In this document: positions 37,957 to 47,409 of the stretch, piece by piece
Position numbering within the stretch: position 1 is the stretch's first letter
How the letters are laid out: every line of letters begins with the position of its first letter
From: an uncultured bacterium
GTDB lineage: Bacteria > CSSED10-310 > CALFER01
NCBI GenBank assembly: GCA_937951895.1
Contig: CALFER010000076.1
Location: 16,398-80,397, forward strand
Length of the DNA stretch: 64,000 nucleotides
Direction of reading: 5' to 3'
Notes under the pieces: model-generated
Told to the model about the DNA's origin: nothing
Seen by the model: only the letters and a program-made list of their open reading frames with translations
Databases searched by the model: none
Translations under genes and position numbers: made by a program

Positions 37957-40160
37957 AGCGCATCATGCAACTCATGCTGATAATCTCGATTTTTCTTCAT
38001 GTCGAGGCGTGCACGGACACGATTCCGAATCGACTGCCGGAATCGAGCCTCACCATGCTCGACGGAAAAACGCCGATGACGATTGCCGAGCGAGCGACTG
38101 ATTACGACATGGGTGACGCGAAGGGGCGCGCGATTCTGAAGGAAGGCCAAATCGACGATGGGGACGCGGTGCGTACCGATGCAGGAAAACTCGTCATCGA
38201 GCTGCCGTTCGCCACCGTCCGGGATCGATTGCTGCGGTTTCGGTTGAAATCCCCGGAACCGGTTCAGATCTCGGCGCGTCTCGACGGTCAGGCTCTCCCT
38301 GCACTCGCGCCGGTCGTCGACAGCGATTCCATCACGGTGGATCTCGCATGCCCCGCTTCGATGACCCGGCCCGGCATAAATCGGATCGAGGTCGAATTCA
38401 CACCTCACACGGCGTGTCGCATCGAACGCATTTCGGCGCTCGATGGAGGCGCCCGGCTGGGGTGGGCCGCCGTCTGGGAAGATATCCGGCACGCAGTGAT
38501 CGGGTATCCGTTCGTGACGGTTTCGTTTCGCTCGACGTTCGGAAAGGAACGGAATGTTCTCGCGTTCTCGACGGGGTTGGACGATTACGCTCAGGTGCAG
38601 AAATCGGACGGCGGCCGCGTGCGCATGATTGTGCGTGCGGGAACGCTGGAGCAGGTCGGCGACTGGATCCCGGTGCGGCCGGGTGAGAAATGGGCCGAGC
38701 ATGGAGTCGAGATTGACCGGGGTTTCGCGGGGAAGGAGTGCGAGATTGCGTTTGAGTTCGATGCGGGAGAGAAGGGCGATCCGACCGGCGATCTGCTCGC
38801 ACTGGCGGATGTTCGGGTGGTCGGTGAGGATGTTCCGAAAGGTCCGCCCGGCAGGCCGAGCATCATTCTCATCACGATGGACTCCTGCCGGATCGACAGG
38901 CTGGGTTTTGGCGGCGATGACATCATCCTCTGCCCGGCGCTCGATCATCTGGCGCGGCGTGGCAATGTGTTTTCGGATTGCATCTGCCAGATCAACAACA
39001 CGCCCCCGTCGCACTACACGATACTGACTTCCAAGCGTCCGCATACGCATGGAGTCTATGATATGGTGACGCCGTTGAGCGATCGTCATCCCACCGTCGC
39101 TCGATTGCTGGCTCCCGAGGGGTACCGGTGCGCAGCGGCGACGAGTGCCGCCTGGTTGTCCGCGCGAACACACGGTCTCGGGCCGGGATTCGAGCGATTC
39201 TACGCTCCGGGAGAGGCGCAGCGGCGTGCTCCGGTCACCTATCGGACGATTGCAGGCTGGCTGCGCGAACGCGCTCAGGCAAGCGCCTCGCAGCCGTTCT
39301 TTACCTGGCTCCACTTTTTCGATCCGCATACGCCGTTCGACCCGCCGAAACCGTACGATGCGATGTATTATGCGGGCAACCCCCGCGATCCCGCCAATCA
39401 TTCGATGGACACGGTCGGCTTTTCACCCGAACAGGTCGAATACATGAAAAGCTGGATCGGGGACATCACGGATATCGACTATATCAAGGCGCAGTATCGC
39501 TCCGAGATCACCTATATGGATGCGACGATCGAAAAACTGATGCGGATGCTGGCTGAAACCGGTGCGGACCGGAATACCTGGCTCGTGATCACTGCCGATC
39601 ACGGCATCAGTCTGGACGAGCACAATCTGTATTTCATCATGGCCGGGATGTATGAGCAGCAGATGCATATCCCCCTGCTGGTCGTTCCGCCCGGAGAACA
39701 GAAAGCGGGGCGTGTGTTCGGGCAGACCGTTCAGTCGCTCGATATCGCTCCGACGATCATGAGCATAGCAGGGGAGGCGATCCCGTCCGATTTCGAGGGC
39801 CGGAACCTGCTGCCGCTGCTGTCCGGAGAGTCGATTCCCGCGATTCCGCATGTCATATCCGAACATGCGAACAATCAGGCCGTGATGCTGCGGGAGCCGG
39901 AGTATAAATACGTTCATTACTTCGGGCAGCCCTACTACATGGAGCCGGAGGTCGGCCTGTACCATCTCCCGGGCGATCCGATGGAAATGATGAATCTGAT
40001 TGGGACGCAGCCGGAAAAAGAAGCCGACATGAGCAACCGTGTCGGGGAGTTCTATGCGAAACCGATCGGAGAGGCGGACACCGGAGCGGCCCACAGCGAT
40101 GCTCTGCAGAAGAAGCTCGAAGCGCTGGGTTATATCGAACCGGGCGGGCACGAAAAATGA
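37953..40160 (+). CDS. Sulfatase-family (alkaline-phosphatase superfamily) protein with N-terminal extra domain; Thr-Pro-Pro-Ser-His in place of the Cys/Ser-x-Pro-x-Arg formylglycine motif
   Basis: A lipoprotein-like N-terminus is followed by a ~300-aa unknown domain. The sulfatase core is 'PSIILITMDSCRIDRLGFGG', 'FSDCICQINNTPPSHYTILTSKRPHTHGV' (position-for-position with 'F.D...C.PSRA.LLTGRYPH..GV') and 'WLVITADHGISLDEHN'. Confidence 0.7.
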   Translation: MKRIMQLMLIISIFLHVEACTDTIPNRLPESSLTMLDGKTPMTIAERATDYDMGDAKGRAILKEGQIDDGDAVRTDAGKLVIELPFATVRDRLLRFRLKSPEPVQISARLDGQALPALAPVVDSDSITVDLACPASMTRPGINRIEVEFTPHTACRIERISALDGGARLGWAAVWEDIRHAVIGYPFVTVSFRSTFGKERNVLAFSTGLDDYAQVQKSDGGRVRMIVRAGTLEQVGDWIPVRPGEKWAEHGVEIDRGFAGKECEIAFEFDAGEKGDPTGDLLALADVRVVGEDVPKGPPGRPSIILITMDSCRIDRLGFGGDDIILCPALDHLARRGNVFSDCICQINNTPPSHYTILTSKRPHTHGVYDMVTPLSDRHPTVARLLAPEGYRCAAATSAAWLSARTHGLGPGFERFYAPGEAQRRAPVTYRTIAGWLRERAQASASQPFFTWLHFFDPHTPFDPPKPYDAMYYAGNPRDPANHSMDTVGFSPEQVEYMKSWIGDITDIDYIKAQYRSEITYMDATIEKLMRMLAETGADRNTWLVITADHGISLDEHNLYFIMAGMYEQQMHIPLLVVPPGEQKAGRVFGQTVQSLDIAPTIMSIAGEAIPSDFEGRNLLPLLSGESIPAIPHVISEHANNQAVMLREPEYKYVHYFGQPYYMEPEVGLYHLPGDPMEMMNLIGTQPEKEADMSNRVGEFYAKPIGEADTGAAHSDALQKKLEALGYIEPGGHEK

Positions 40161-40233
40161 GATGAGTCGACTCCTTTTCTTCAGTGGTGTGCGCGAAGCG
40201 GTCTGATCGGGACCGGATCGGAAGGAGAAGACC

Positions 40234-41967
40234 ATGAAAGCGTTTTTACTCGCGGCAAGCATCATGATCGTCATCGGATCGCCGGTATCGGCCGCCGTCA
40301 TCCGAGTGCCCTCGGATCAACCGACCATCCAGACGGGACTGGATGCAGCCCTGTCCGGCGATATCGTTCTGGTCGCTCCCGGAGTGTATACCGAGTCGCT
40401 CGAATGGCCCGGTCTCGCAGTATTGACCCTTCGAGGCGAGTTTCCCGAAAACCGTCCGGTTGTCTCGGCACCCGCAGATAAGCGGTGTCTCCACTACACA
40501 CCGGGAGTCTCGGGTACGGAGATGCGGCTCGAGCATGTCGTGTTTGAAAACGGTGCTCCTGTCAATCAATCCGGAGGAGCCTTGTACGTGACCGGTTGTC
40601 GGGTGCAGATTGACGATTGCGTGTTCCGGAACAATGACGCGGGGCAGGACGGTGGCGGCGTCTATTTCTCGACATGTGAGGTCTCGATCGCAAACTCGAC
40701 GATCTCGGACAACCATTCCATCGATCATGGGGGAGGCGGGTACTTCGCCGATTGCGGCATCGCGCTCCTCGACTGCACCGTCGAGCGAAACGATACGGGA
40801 GTTGCCGAGCATGTGTACAGCGATGGTCTCGGGCTGTATCTGAACGATTGCCACGGGTCGGTCTCGCATTGCGCGATTCGGGATCATGGCAATGCTTACA
40901 TCGATGGCTCCGGGATCTATGCACGGGGTGATATCGATTTTGTCGGCAATACATTCGAGCGCAACGAACAGCAGGGCAGTGACTATTACGGCGGTGCGCT
41001 GAATGTCTGGGGATCCTGCCTGGTCCGGAACAATCTTTTTACGGACAACGTCGGGATCGGATCGGCGATCGTCGCGGGAGGTGGTGTGGACATCGAGAAT
41101 TGTCTGTTTCTGGGAAATGCGAGTTCATTCCCGGGAACCGGGGCGATTCTCGCGCTGGATCAGACCGATGTCTCTTTCTGCACTTTTGTCAGCAATACGT
41201 CTGCCGGTGTGCAGGTGCTCAACAGCATGGATCCGGTGCCGATCCGGCACTGTATCTTCTCCGGCAATCAGGTCGGTATCGCGAATTACAACGGCAATTC
41301 ATCGGTTCATTCCGGATACAACGCCTTCTGGAACAACGGGATGGACTATAGTGCCGTGAACCCCGGAGCCGGTGATCTGCGAGGATCGGATCCACTGTTT
41401 GTCACGGGGTCTCAAGGCGCGCATTATTTGAGTCAAACAGCTTCGGGGCAGAGTCAGACGAGTCCGTGTGTGGATGCGGGGGATCCCGAGACCGGGGCTT
41501 CGCCCGGTGGGACGACCCGTACCGACGAGGTGCCGGATGAAGGCAGAGTCGATCTCGGGTATCATTTTTCTGCTCCGGATTCACCTCCCGTTCCCGCGCC
41601 CACTGTGACACCGGCCACGTGGACAGGTGTTCGACTGACGCTTCCCGACACGGATCTTCAGGCGGGGGATCGGTTCGTTCTGACCGCGACCTGCCGGGCG
41701 CCGGCCGGGCATGCAGCCGCGGATCTGTATGTCGTTCTGGATGTCTTCGGCGAGTATTTTTTCTATCCGTCCTGGTCGAATACTCCGGGATCCGAAAGCA
41801 TCGTGCTGGCACCGGATGCGGCGGTCGAGCGGAGAATTCTGGATTTCGTCTGGCCTGCGGGTGATGTCGGAGTTGTGACCGACCTGCAATTCCGGGGAGC
41901 CATTCTGGAACCCGGGACAACGTCCGTGATCGGGGAGATCGATTCCGTTTCGTTCGGGTATCGGTAG
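40234..41967 (+). CDS. Secreted right-handed beta-helix protein with novel C-terminal domain
   Basis: A GGAAGGAG SD is present. The signal is 'MKAFLLAASIMIVIGSPVSA'. 'VIRVPSDQPTIQTGLDAALSGDIVLVAPGVY' follows. Beta-helix repeats are present. A post-helix module 'HYLSQTASGQSQTSPCVDAGDPE...TTRTDEVPDEGRVDLGYHF' follows. The C-terminal domain is 'LYVVLDVFGEYFFYPSW...FVWP'. Confidence 0.7.
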   Translation: MKAFLLAASIMIVIGSPVSAAVIRVPSDQPTIQTGLDAALSGDIVLVAPGVYTESLEWPGLAVLTLRGEFPENRPVVSAPADKRCLHYTPGVSGTEMRLEHVVFENGAPVNQSGGALYVTGCRVQIDDCVFRNNDAGQDGGGVYFSTCEVSIANSTISDNHSIDHGGGGYFADCGIALLDCTVERNDTGVAEHVYSDGLGLYLNDCHGSVSHCAIRDHGNAYIDGSGIYARGDIDFVGNTFERNEQQGSDYYGGALNVWGSCLVRNNLFTDNVGIGSAIVAGGGVDIENCLFLGNASSFPGTGAILALDQTDVSFCTFVSNTSAGVQVLNSMDPVPIRHCIFSGNQVGIANYNGNSSVHSGYNAFWNNGMDYSAVNPGAGDLRGSDPLFVTGSQGAHYLSQTASGQSQTSPCVDAGDPETGASPGGTTRTDEVPDEGRVDLGYHFSAPDSPPVPAPTVTPATWTGVRLTLPDTDLQAGDRFVLTATCRAPAGHAAADLYVVLDVFGEYFFYPSWSNTPGSESIVLAPDAAVERRILDFVWPAGDVGVVTDLQFRGAILEPGTTSVIGEIDSVSFGYR

Positions 41968-42064
41968 ACGGTTCGGGATTCAATCTGCGGACATTATACA
42001 ATCAGCACCTGTTCGACTATAGTATATCCTCCGGGCATTTCGCTTGTGGAGGAGGCCTTCCGGA

Positions 42065-43513
42065 ATGAAAGCTCTCGGTGTCATCATTGCTTTTGCTCTC
42101 GTTACGGGTTGTTCACACCTGAACACGCACCCGAGATCCCTGTTTCACCGGTTCTCATCGGACGCCCTGACCACCGATTTTTCGCTGATCCGATCTGCAC
42201 TCGAGGAGGCTCATCCCGGGTTGTATGACTTCCGTTCGAGGGCTGAAATGGATGCGTTGTTTGATCGGCTCCAGTCGGAATTGAGCCGGGACATGACCGA
42301 ACTGGAATTTCTGCAGCGGATCGCGGTTTTGAACGGAGCCATCGGCTGTGGTCATACCGCAATCGTTCCGTCGCTCGGCACCCGCAATCAACTCATGAGC
42401 ACCGCCGGATTGTTCCCCGGTGATATCCGGATTGTGGACGCGCGGATGTTTCTCCTCCGATGCTATGCACCCGGCTCCGAAGCGCTCGATGGGAGTGAAA
42501 TCCTGGCTGTCAACGGTTCACCGGCCGGAATGCTGCTCGAGCGGTTTCTCGATGTGCTTCCGTCGGACGGCGTGAATGTCACGCACAGGTATCGGATGCT
42601 GGATGAGCGGATGCGGTATTATTACGCGGCGTTCGTCGGAACTCCGGAGACGTTTGAAATCCGGTTGAGGAGACCGGATGGCGCTGAACAGACAGTGACC
42701 GTTCCGGCGATGGCCGAACATGCCATGCGGACGCATGCGCGATACATGGATCCCGACCGTGAGGATCCTGAACCGTATGCGCTGGAGATATCCGAGGACA
42801 CGTCCACTGCCGTGCTGACCATCCGCACGTTCGGCATGACCGATCGCTACGAGTCTTTTCTGGCCGACGCCTTCGGAAAACTCCGGGACCATGCGATCCG
42901 CAACCTGATCATCGATCTCAGGGGGAACGGCGGCGGAGAAGACGAATACGGGGCGAAACTGGTGTCGTATCTGATCGATCAGCCGTTTCGATATTACCGG
43001 TCATTGGAGACCCGTACGGATCGGATTCATTTTCAGGAATACACGGACATTACACCGGAGGAAGTGCGTGAATACCAATCGATTCTGGAACCCGGAACGG
43101 ACGGGGGTTTTCAGGTCGCTATCGGGCAGCATCCCTGCCTGTCGGAAATCCCTCCGACCGAACCGGTTTTTCGCGGTCGTGTTCTGGTGTTGATCGACGG
43201 AGGCAGTTTTTCGGCGACATCGGAGGTGTCCGCTGTGCTGGATCATCTGGGCCGGGCGGAGTTTGCCGGTGAGGAGACCGGGGGCCGTTACGACGGGAAC
43301 AACAGCGGGTACATGCCGACGCTGACATTGCCTGCGACCGGCATTCGTGTGTTCATCCCGCTGATGAAGTATGTTGTCGCTGTGGATGATCCGCCGATAC
43401 GGGGGCGGGGAGTGATGCCGGATTACACGATCGAACCGAGCCTTTCTGACGAGATGACCGGGATGGATCGGGTCATGAACGAGGCACGGGCGATCGTTGC
43501 GCGAACTGAGTGA
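42065..43513 (+). CDS. S41 family peptidase (C-terminal processing / tail-specific protease-like), lipoprotein
   Basis: The lipobox is 'ALVTGCS'. The S41 catalytic region 'RVLVLIDGGSFSATSEVSAVLDHLGRAEFAGEETGG' is present. The ATG at 42065 is preceded by GGAGGAGG. Confidence 0.75.
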   Translation: MKALGVIIAFALVTGCSHLNTHPRSLFHRFSSDALTTDFSLIRSALEEAHPGLYDFRSRAEMDALFDRLQSELSRDMTELEFLQRIAVLNGAIGCGHTAIVPSLGTRNQLMSTAGLFPGDIRIVDARMFLLRCYAPGSEALDGSEILAVNGSPAGMLLERFLDVLPSDGVNVTHRYRMLDERMRYYYAAFVGTPETFEIRLRRPDGAEQTVTVPAMAEHAMRTHARYMDPDREDPEPYALEISEDTSTAVLTIRTFGMTDRYESFLADAFGKLRDHAIRNLIIDLRGNGGGEDEYGAKLVSYLIDQPFRYYRSLETRTDRIHFQEYTDITPEEVREYQSILEPGTDGGFQVAIGQHPCLSEIPPTEPVFRGRVLVLIDGGSFSATSEVSAVLDHLGRAEFAGEETGGRYDGNNSGYMPTLTLPATGIRVFIPLMKYVVAVDDPPIRGRGVMPDYTIEPSLSDEMTGMDRVMNEARAIVARTE

Positions 43514-43532
43514 TTATCGGTTGGAGCGATGC

Positions 43533-44912
43533 ATGAGCACGAGCAGGAAAAAGCGATCGGTGAAGCCGGAAGCCACGCAGGCGATCCTCGAAAGCATCTC
43601 GGACGGAGTGTTTACCGTTGATTCCGACTGGCTGGTGACATCGTTCAATCGTGCTGCCGAGATGATTACCGGTGTGCCGAGACGAGAGGCGATCGGACGT
43701 CGATGTTCGGATGTGTTTCGTTCCAACATGTGCGGATCCGCCTGTGCACTCGCCCGGACGCTTAAAACCGGTAAACCGATCATCGGGAAAGCCGGCTTCA
43801 TCATCAATTCGGAGGGGCGACGGATCCCGATCAGCATTTCGACGGCCGTGCTCAGAGACGAACAGGGGCGGGTGATCGGAGGAGCCGAAACGTTTCGGGA
43901 TTTATCCGAGATCGAGGCCCTGCGGCAGGAACTGGAAAGCCGGACGCGTGTCGGTGATCTGAGCAGCCGCAGTCCTGTCATGCATCGGATACTGGAGGTT
44001 CTTCCGGCGATTGCGGCGAGTCCGAGTACGGTGCTGATCTGCGGTGAAACCGGGACGGGCAAAGAGCTTGTTGCTCGAACAATTCACTCGCTCAGCCCGC
44101 ATCAGAAAGGCCCGTTCATTGCCGTGAATTGCGGTGCGATACCGGATGCGCTGCTGGAATCGGAGTTGTTCGGATATAAAAGTGGCGCCTTCACCGGAGC
44201 GCTGCGCGACAAACCCGGCCGTTTTGCCCTCGCGCGTGGAGGAACCCTGTTTCTCGATGAAATCGGTGAGATCAGTGCGGCGTTGCAGGTGCGCCTCCTC
44301 AGAGTGCTTCAGGAACATACATTCGATCCACTGGGGGCGACGCACTCCGAGTCGACCGATGCCCGGGTGATCGTTGCGACACACCGTGATCTTCTGGAGT
44401 GCATGAGAGCCGGAACGTTCCGGGAAGATCTCTATTATCGGATCAATGTGGTGCGGATCGAGTTGCCGCCGCTTCGACGCCGCAGGGAAGACATTCCTCT
44501 CCTCATCGACCAGTTCATCGCACGGTTCAACCGGCTTCAGCAGAAATCCATCCGGGGAATCTCCACCGATGCACTCTCGCTGTGTATGACCCACGACTGG
44601 CCGGGCAATATCCGGGAACTCGAAAACGCTATCGAACACGCGTTCGTTCTGCGGTCCGAGGGCACGATCGAGATTGCGGATCTTCCGGGCGAGTTCACCG
44701 CTCGGTTCGGATTTACGTGCCGGGATATCCCCATCCGATCCTCCCGCGATGTGCTCGATGCTCACGCCATCCGAGCGGCTCTCGAACGTAATCACAACAA
44801 CCGTCTGGCTGCCGCCCGGGATCTCGGGATCCATAAAACTACGCTGTTCCGCAAGATCAAAAAACTCGGGATCCGCCTCGCGAAGCAGGACGGACGGCAC
44901 AGAACACGTTGA
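43533..44912 (+). CDS. Sigma-54-dependent transcriptional activator (PAS - AAA+ - HTH, NtrC family, no receiver domain)
   Basis: An N-terminal PAS domain is present. The AAA+ module has 'GETGTGKELVA' and the GAFTGA motif ('GYKSGAFTGAL'). 'ESELFGY' and the R-finger region are present. The C-terminal Fis-type HTH is 'RLAAARDLGIHKTTLFRKIKKLGI'. Confidence 0.85.
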   Translation: MSTSRKKRSVKPEATQAILESISDGVFTVDSDWLVTSFNRAAEMITGVPRREAIGRRCSDVFRSNMCGSACALARTLKTGKPIIGKAGFIINSEGRRIPISISTAVLRDEQGRVIGGAETFRDLSEIEALRQELESRTRVGDLSSRSPVMHRILEVLPAIAASPSTVLICGETGTGKELVARTIHSLSPHQKGPFIAVNCGAIPDALLESELFGYKSGAFTGALRDKPGRFALARGGTLFLDEIGEISAALQVRLLRVLQEHTFDPLGATHSESTDARVIVATHRDLLECMRAGTFREDLYYRINVVRIELPPLRRRREDIPLLIDQFIARFNRLQQKSIRGISTDALSLCMTHDWPGNIRELENAIEHAFVLRSEGTIEIADLPGEFTARFGFTCRDIPIRSSRDVLDAHAIRAALERNHNNRLAAARDLGIHKTTLFRKIKKLGIRLAKQDGRHRTR

Positions 44913-45053
44913 TAGAGTAGCGATATAGAGACTGTAGCGAATCGACAAGGTAGTGTTTGCGCTACTCATTTGTGGTGTCTTCTCCACGGAGAATCTCATT
45001 CGAATCATTTCATATCAATACGTTAGAGCGTATTATCCGTTGAGCGACCCGGT

Positions 45054-45069
45054 TGGCATCAGCTTTGCT
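45054..45069 (+). promoter_or_regulatory. Sigma-54 (-24/-12) promoter TGGCAT-N5-TTTGCT upstream of the Fe-S operon
   Basis: GG lies at 45055-45056 and GC at 45067-45068, so the spacing is exactly the canonical 10 nt between them (consensus TGGCAC-N5-TTGCW). The element lies ~30 nt upstream of the AAGGAGGG SD and the ATG at 45100. It lies immediately downstream of the sigma-54 activator gene. Confidence 0.6.
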
Positions 45070-45099
45070 CTTATCACTTTCCGGAAAGGAGGGCGCATC

Positions 45100-45603
45100 A
45101 TGATCGCTTTCGCCTGTTGGGACAATCGCATCGCACCGGTTTTCGATACCGCCGAAACCCTTGTCCTGCTCGAAACGCGATCCGATTCCGCTCATCGTCG
45201 GCAGGAATCCCTGCCGTCCGGGAGTTCGATGCAACAGATTCGGATGCGCCTGACTGAATGTGCTGTCGACACGCTGATCTGCGGGGCGATTTCGCGCCCG
45301 CTCTTCGATCATCTCACGTTCAGCGGAATGCGGGTCATTCCGTTCGTTTCGGGTGATCTGGACGAAGTAATCGAGGCTTTTTGCCGGAATCGGCTCGATT
45401 CCGACCGGTTTTCGATGCCGGGATGTTGCGGCCGCGGACGCAGGGCGGCGCACGGGCGTGGAAGCCATATACGCGGGAATGCCGGACCCGGCGGAGAATG
45501 CGGATGTCCGGCTTGTGGCTATCGGGAACCTCACGAGAGTGGGATTCCCTGTGTGGAACGTGTGTGTCCGAACTGCCGTACCGCGTTGGTGCGGCTGTCA
45601 TGA
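45100..45603 (+). CDS. NifX/NifB-C-terminal-like (dinitrogenase FeMo-cofactor family, Nitro_FeMo-Co) domain protein with Cys-rich tail
   Basis: The start is refined to the ATG at 45100. 'MIAFACWDNRIAPVFDTAETLVLLE' fits the NifX-like fold. The C-terminal Cys cluster is 'CGCPACGY...CPNC'. Confidence 0.65.
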   Translation: MIAFACWDNRIAPVFDTAETLVLLETRSDSAHRRQESLPSGSSMQQIRMRLTECAVDTLICGAISRPLFDHLTFSGMRVIPFVSGDLDEVIEAFCRNRLDSDRFSMPGCCGRGRRAAHGRGSHIRGNAGPGGECGCPACGYREPHESGIPCVERVCPNCRTALVRLS

Positions 45604-45617
45604 AAGGAGATTTGAAC

Positions 45618-45932
45618 ATGCCAAGAGGAGATGGAACAGGACCGAGAGGAATGGGACCGATGAGCGGTCGTAGAGCGGGATTCTGTGCGGGTTTCGGTAT
45701 GGCGGGCTATGCCAATCCGATTCAGGGTCGTGGAATGGGGATGGGTTTTGGGCGTGGGATGGGTCGCTGGCGCGGGTTCGCGGCCTATCCGCCGCAACCG
45801 ATGGCCGTTGAACCGGAAATGGAAGCCGACACGCTGCGAAACCAGCTTGATGCCCTGAAAACGACGCTCGACACGATCCAGAAGCGACTCGATCAGATCG
45901 AAAAGAGCGCGCCAAAGGAGGCGACCACGTGA
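45618..45932 (+). CDS. DUF5320-like Gly/Met-rich protein with C-terminal coiled coil
   Basis: The N-terminus is 'MPRGDGTGPRGMGPMSGRRAGFCAGFGMAGY'. Proteins with this N-terminus recur beside NifX-like/MinD-ferredoxin genes in anaerobes. The C-terminus is helical ('LRNQLDALKTTLDTIQKRLDQIEK'). An AAAGGAGA SD is present. Confidence 0.6.
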   Translation: MPRGDGTGPRGMGPMSGRRAGFCAGFGMAGYANPIQGRGMGMGFGRGMGRWRGFAAYPPQPMAVEPEMEADTLRNQLDALKTTLDTIQKRLDQIEKSAPKEATT

Positions 45933-46291
45933 AAGTCGCTCTGACCACAACCGGCTCCAATCTGTCAGATCCTCTCGAACCGCGATTCGGTCGCGCCCCC
46001 AAATTCCTCGTCTACGATCTCGATTCGGATACCTTCATGGTCCTCGACAACAACAAGAATCTCAATGCGGTTCAAGGCGCCGGCATCCAGTCCGCCGATA
46101 CCATCGCCCGGATCGGCGCTTCGGCACTCATCACCGGGCATTGCGGGCCCAAAGCCTTCCGCGTTCTCAGTGCGGCCGGTGTCAAGGTGTACGCGTCGTC
46201 CGCTCGAACGGTCGAGGAAGCGATCGATTTGTTCCGGCAGGGTAAGCTCAACGAGACCCAATCTGCGGATGTCGAGGGACATTGGGTGTGA
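45929..46291 (+). CDS. NifX/NifB-like (Nitro_FeMo-Co) domain protein
   Basis: 'MKVALTTTGSNLSDPLEPRFGRAPKFLVYDLDSD' is the classic start of the family. The gene has a GTG start with an AAGGAGG SD. Confidence 0.75.
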   Translation: MKVALTTTGSNLSDPLEPRFGRAPKFLVYDLDSDTFMVLDNNKNLNAVQGAGIQSADTIARIGASALITGHCGPKAFRVLSAAGVKVYASSARTVEEAIDLFRQGKLNETQSADVEGHWV

Positions 46292-47130
46292 TCATCGCGA
46301 TCGCATCGGGGAAAGGTGGAACCGGAAAAACAACTCTCTCTGTCAATCTCGCACTCGCCGCACATGAACCCATCCAGTTGCTGGATTGTGACGTCGAAGC
46401 ACCCAACGCGCATCTGTTTCTGAACCCTTTCGTCATCGAGTCGACTGTCGTGCACGTGCCGATCCCGGTGGTCGACGAATCGGCCTGCGATGGGTGCGGT
46501 GAGTGCGGAAGGATGTGCGAGTATCACGCGATCGTCTCGTTCGGCAGCGTCCCGCTCGTGTTCCCGGAGATGTGCCACGGATGCGGAGGCTGCATGCGGG
46601 TGTGTCCCCGGCATGCAATATCGGAAAAAGGACATCGGATTGGAGAAGTCCATGTTTCGACGGTTGGGCATATCACGCTGATCGAAGGCAAAATCGATGT
46701 CGGAATCGCCATGGCGCCGCCTCTGATCCGGGCGGTCAAATCGCGACTGTCAGCCTCCGTCCCTGTCCTGCTCGATGCCCCCCCGGGGACATCCTGCCCC
46801 GTCATTGCATCGATTCGCGATGCTGATTTCGTCATTCTGGTGACCGAACCAACCGCCTTCGGTCTCCATGACCTGAGTCTTGCGGTCGACATGACGCGCG
46901 CCCTGCATCGTCCTTTTGCCGTTGTTGTCAATCGGATGGGGATCGGCGATGATCGCGTGCATCGATTCTGCCGGGAGGAGGGGATCCGGATTCTGGCGGA
47001 AATTCCCGATGACAGGCGGATCGCCGAGGCGTATTCGGAGGGCAGATCGATTGTCGATGCGATTCCTGCGTATCGCGGCCTTTTTCATTCCATCCTGAAT
47101 CAAATCGGTATCGTGTCCCTCTCACTTTAA
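46282..47130 (+). CDS. MinD/ParA-superfamily P-loop ATPase with 2x[4Fe-4S] ferredoxin insert (COG1149-type)
   Basis: The P-loop is 'ASGKGGTGKTT'. Two ferredoxin motifs are present: 'CDGCGECGRMCEYHAI' and 'CHGCGGCMRVCPRHAI'. Confidence 0.8.
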   Translation: MGVIIAIASGKGGTGKTTLSVNLALAAHEPIQLLDCDVEAPNAHLFLNPFVIESTVVHVPIPVVDESACDGCGECGRMCEYHAIVSFGSVPLVFPEMCHGCGGCMRVCPRHAISEKGHRIGEVHVSTVGHITLIEGKIDVGIAMAPPLIRAVKSRLSASVPVLLDAPPGTSCPVIASIRDADFVILVTEPTAFGLHDLSLAVDMTRALHRPFAVVVNRMGIGDDRVHRFCREEGIRILAEIPDDRRIAEAYSEGRSIVDAIPAYRGLFHSILNQIGIVSLSL

Positions 47131-47141
47131 GGAGATCAGTC

Positions 47142-47402
47142 ATGCCGACATACGAATACGTTTGCGGGAAGTGCGGGTCACGTTTCGAACGGAGGCAATC
47201 GATATCCGATCCCCCGCTGGTCGAATGCGATTCCTGCCATGGCCCGTTGAAACGGGTGATCAGCGGCGGTGCGGGGTTCATCATGAAAGGCGGCGCTCAG
47301 CATCATTCGTCTCGGACCGGATGTTCGCTTGAGACACACGGCAGAACCTGCTGCGGGCGCTCGGAACGGTGCGGAAAACCCTCCTGCGATGATCCTGCAT
47401 GA
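47142..47402 (+). CDS. FmdB-family zinc ribbon protein
   Basis: 'MPTYEYVCGKCGSRFE...CDSCHG' matches the FmdB-family zinc ribbon. Confidence 0.7.
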   Translation: MPTYEYVCGKCGSRFERRQSISDPPLVECDSCHGPLKRVISGGAGFIMKGGAQHHSSRTGCSLETHGRTCCGRSERCGKPSCDDPA

Positions 47403-47409
47403 ATCCCCA

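Noticed and set aside
37953-40160. The sulfatase-like protein as the substrate of the two nearby FGE-domain proteins.
   Set aside because: The residue at the formylglycine position is Thr, which FGE cannot oxidise. The gene proximity is not evidence of a functional pair.
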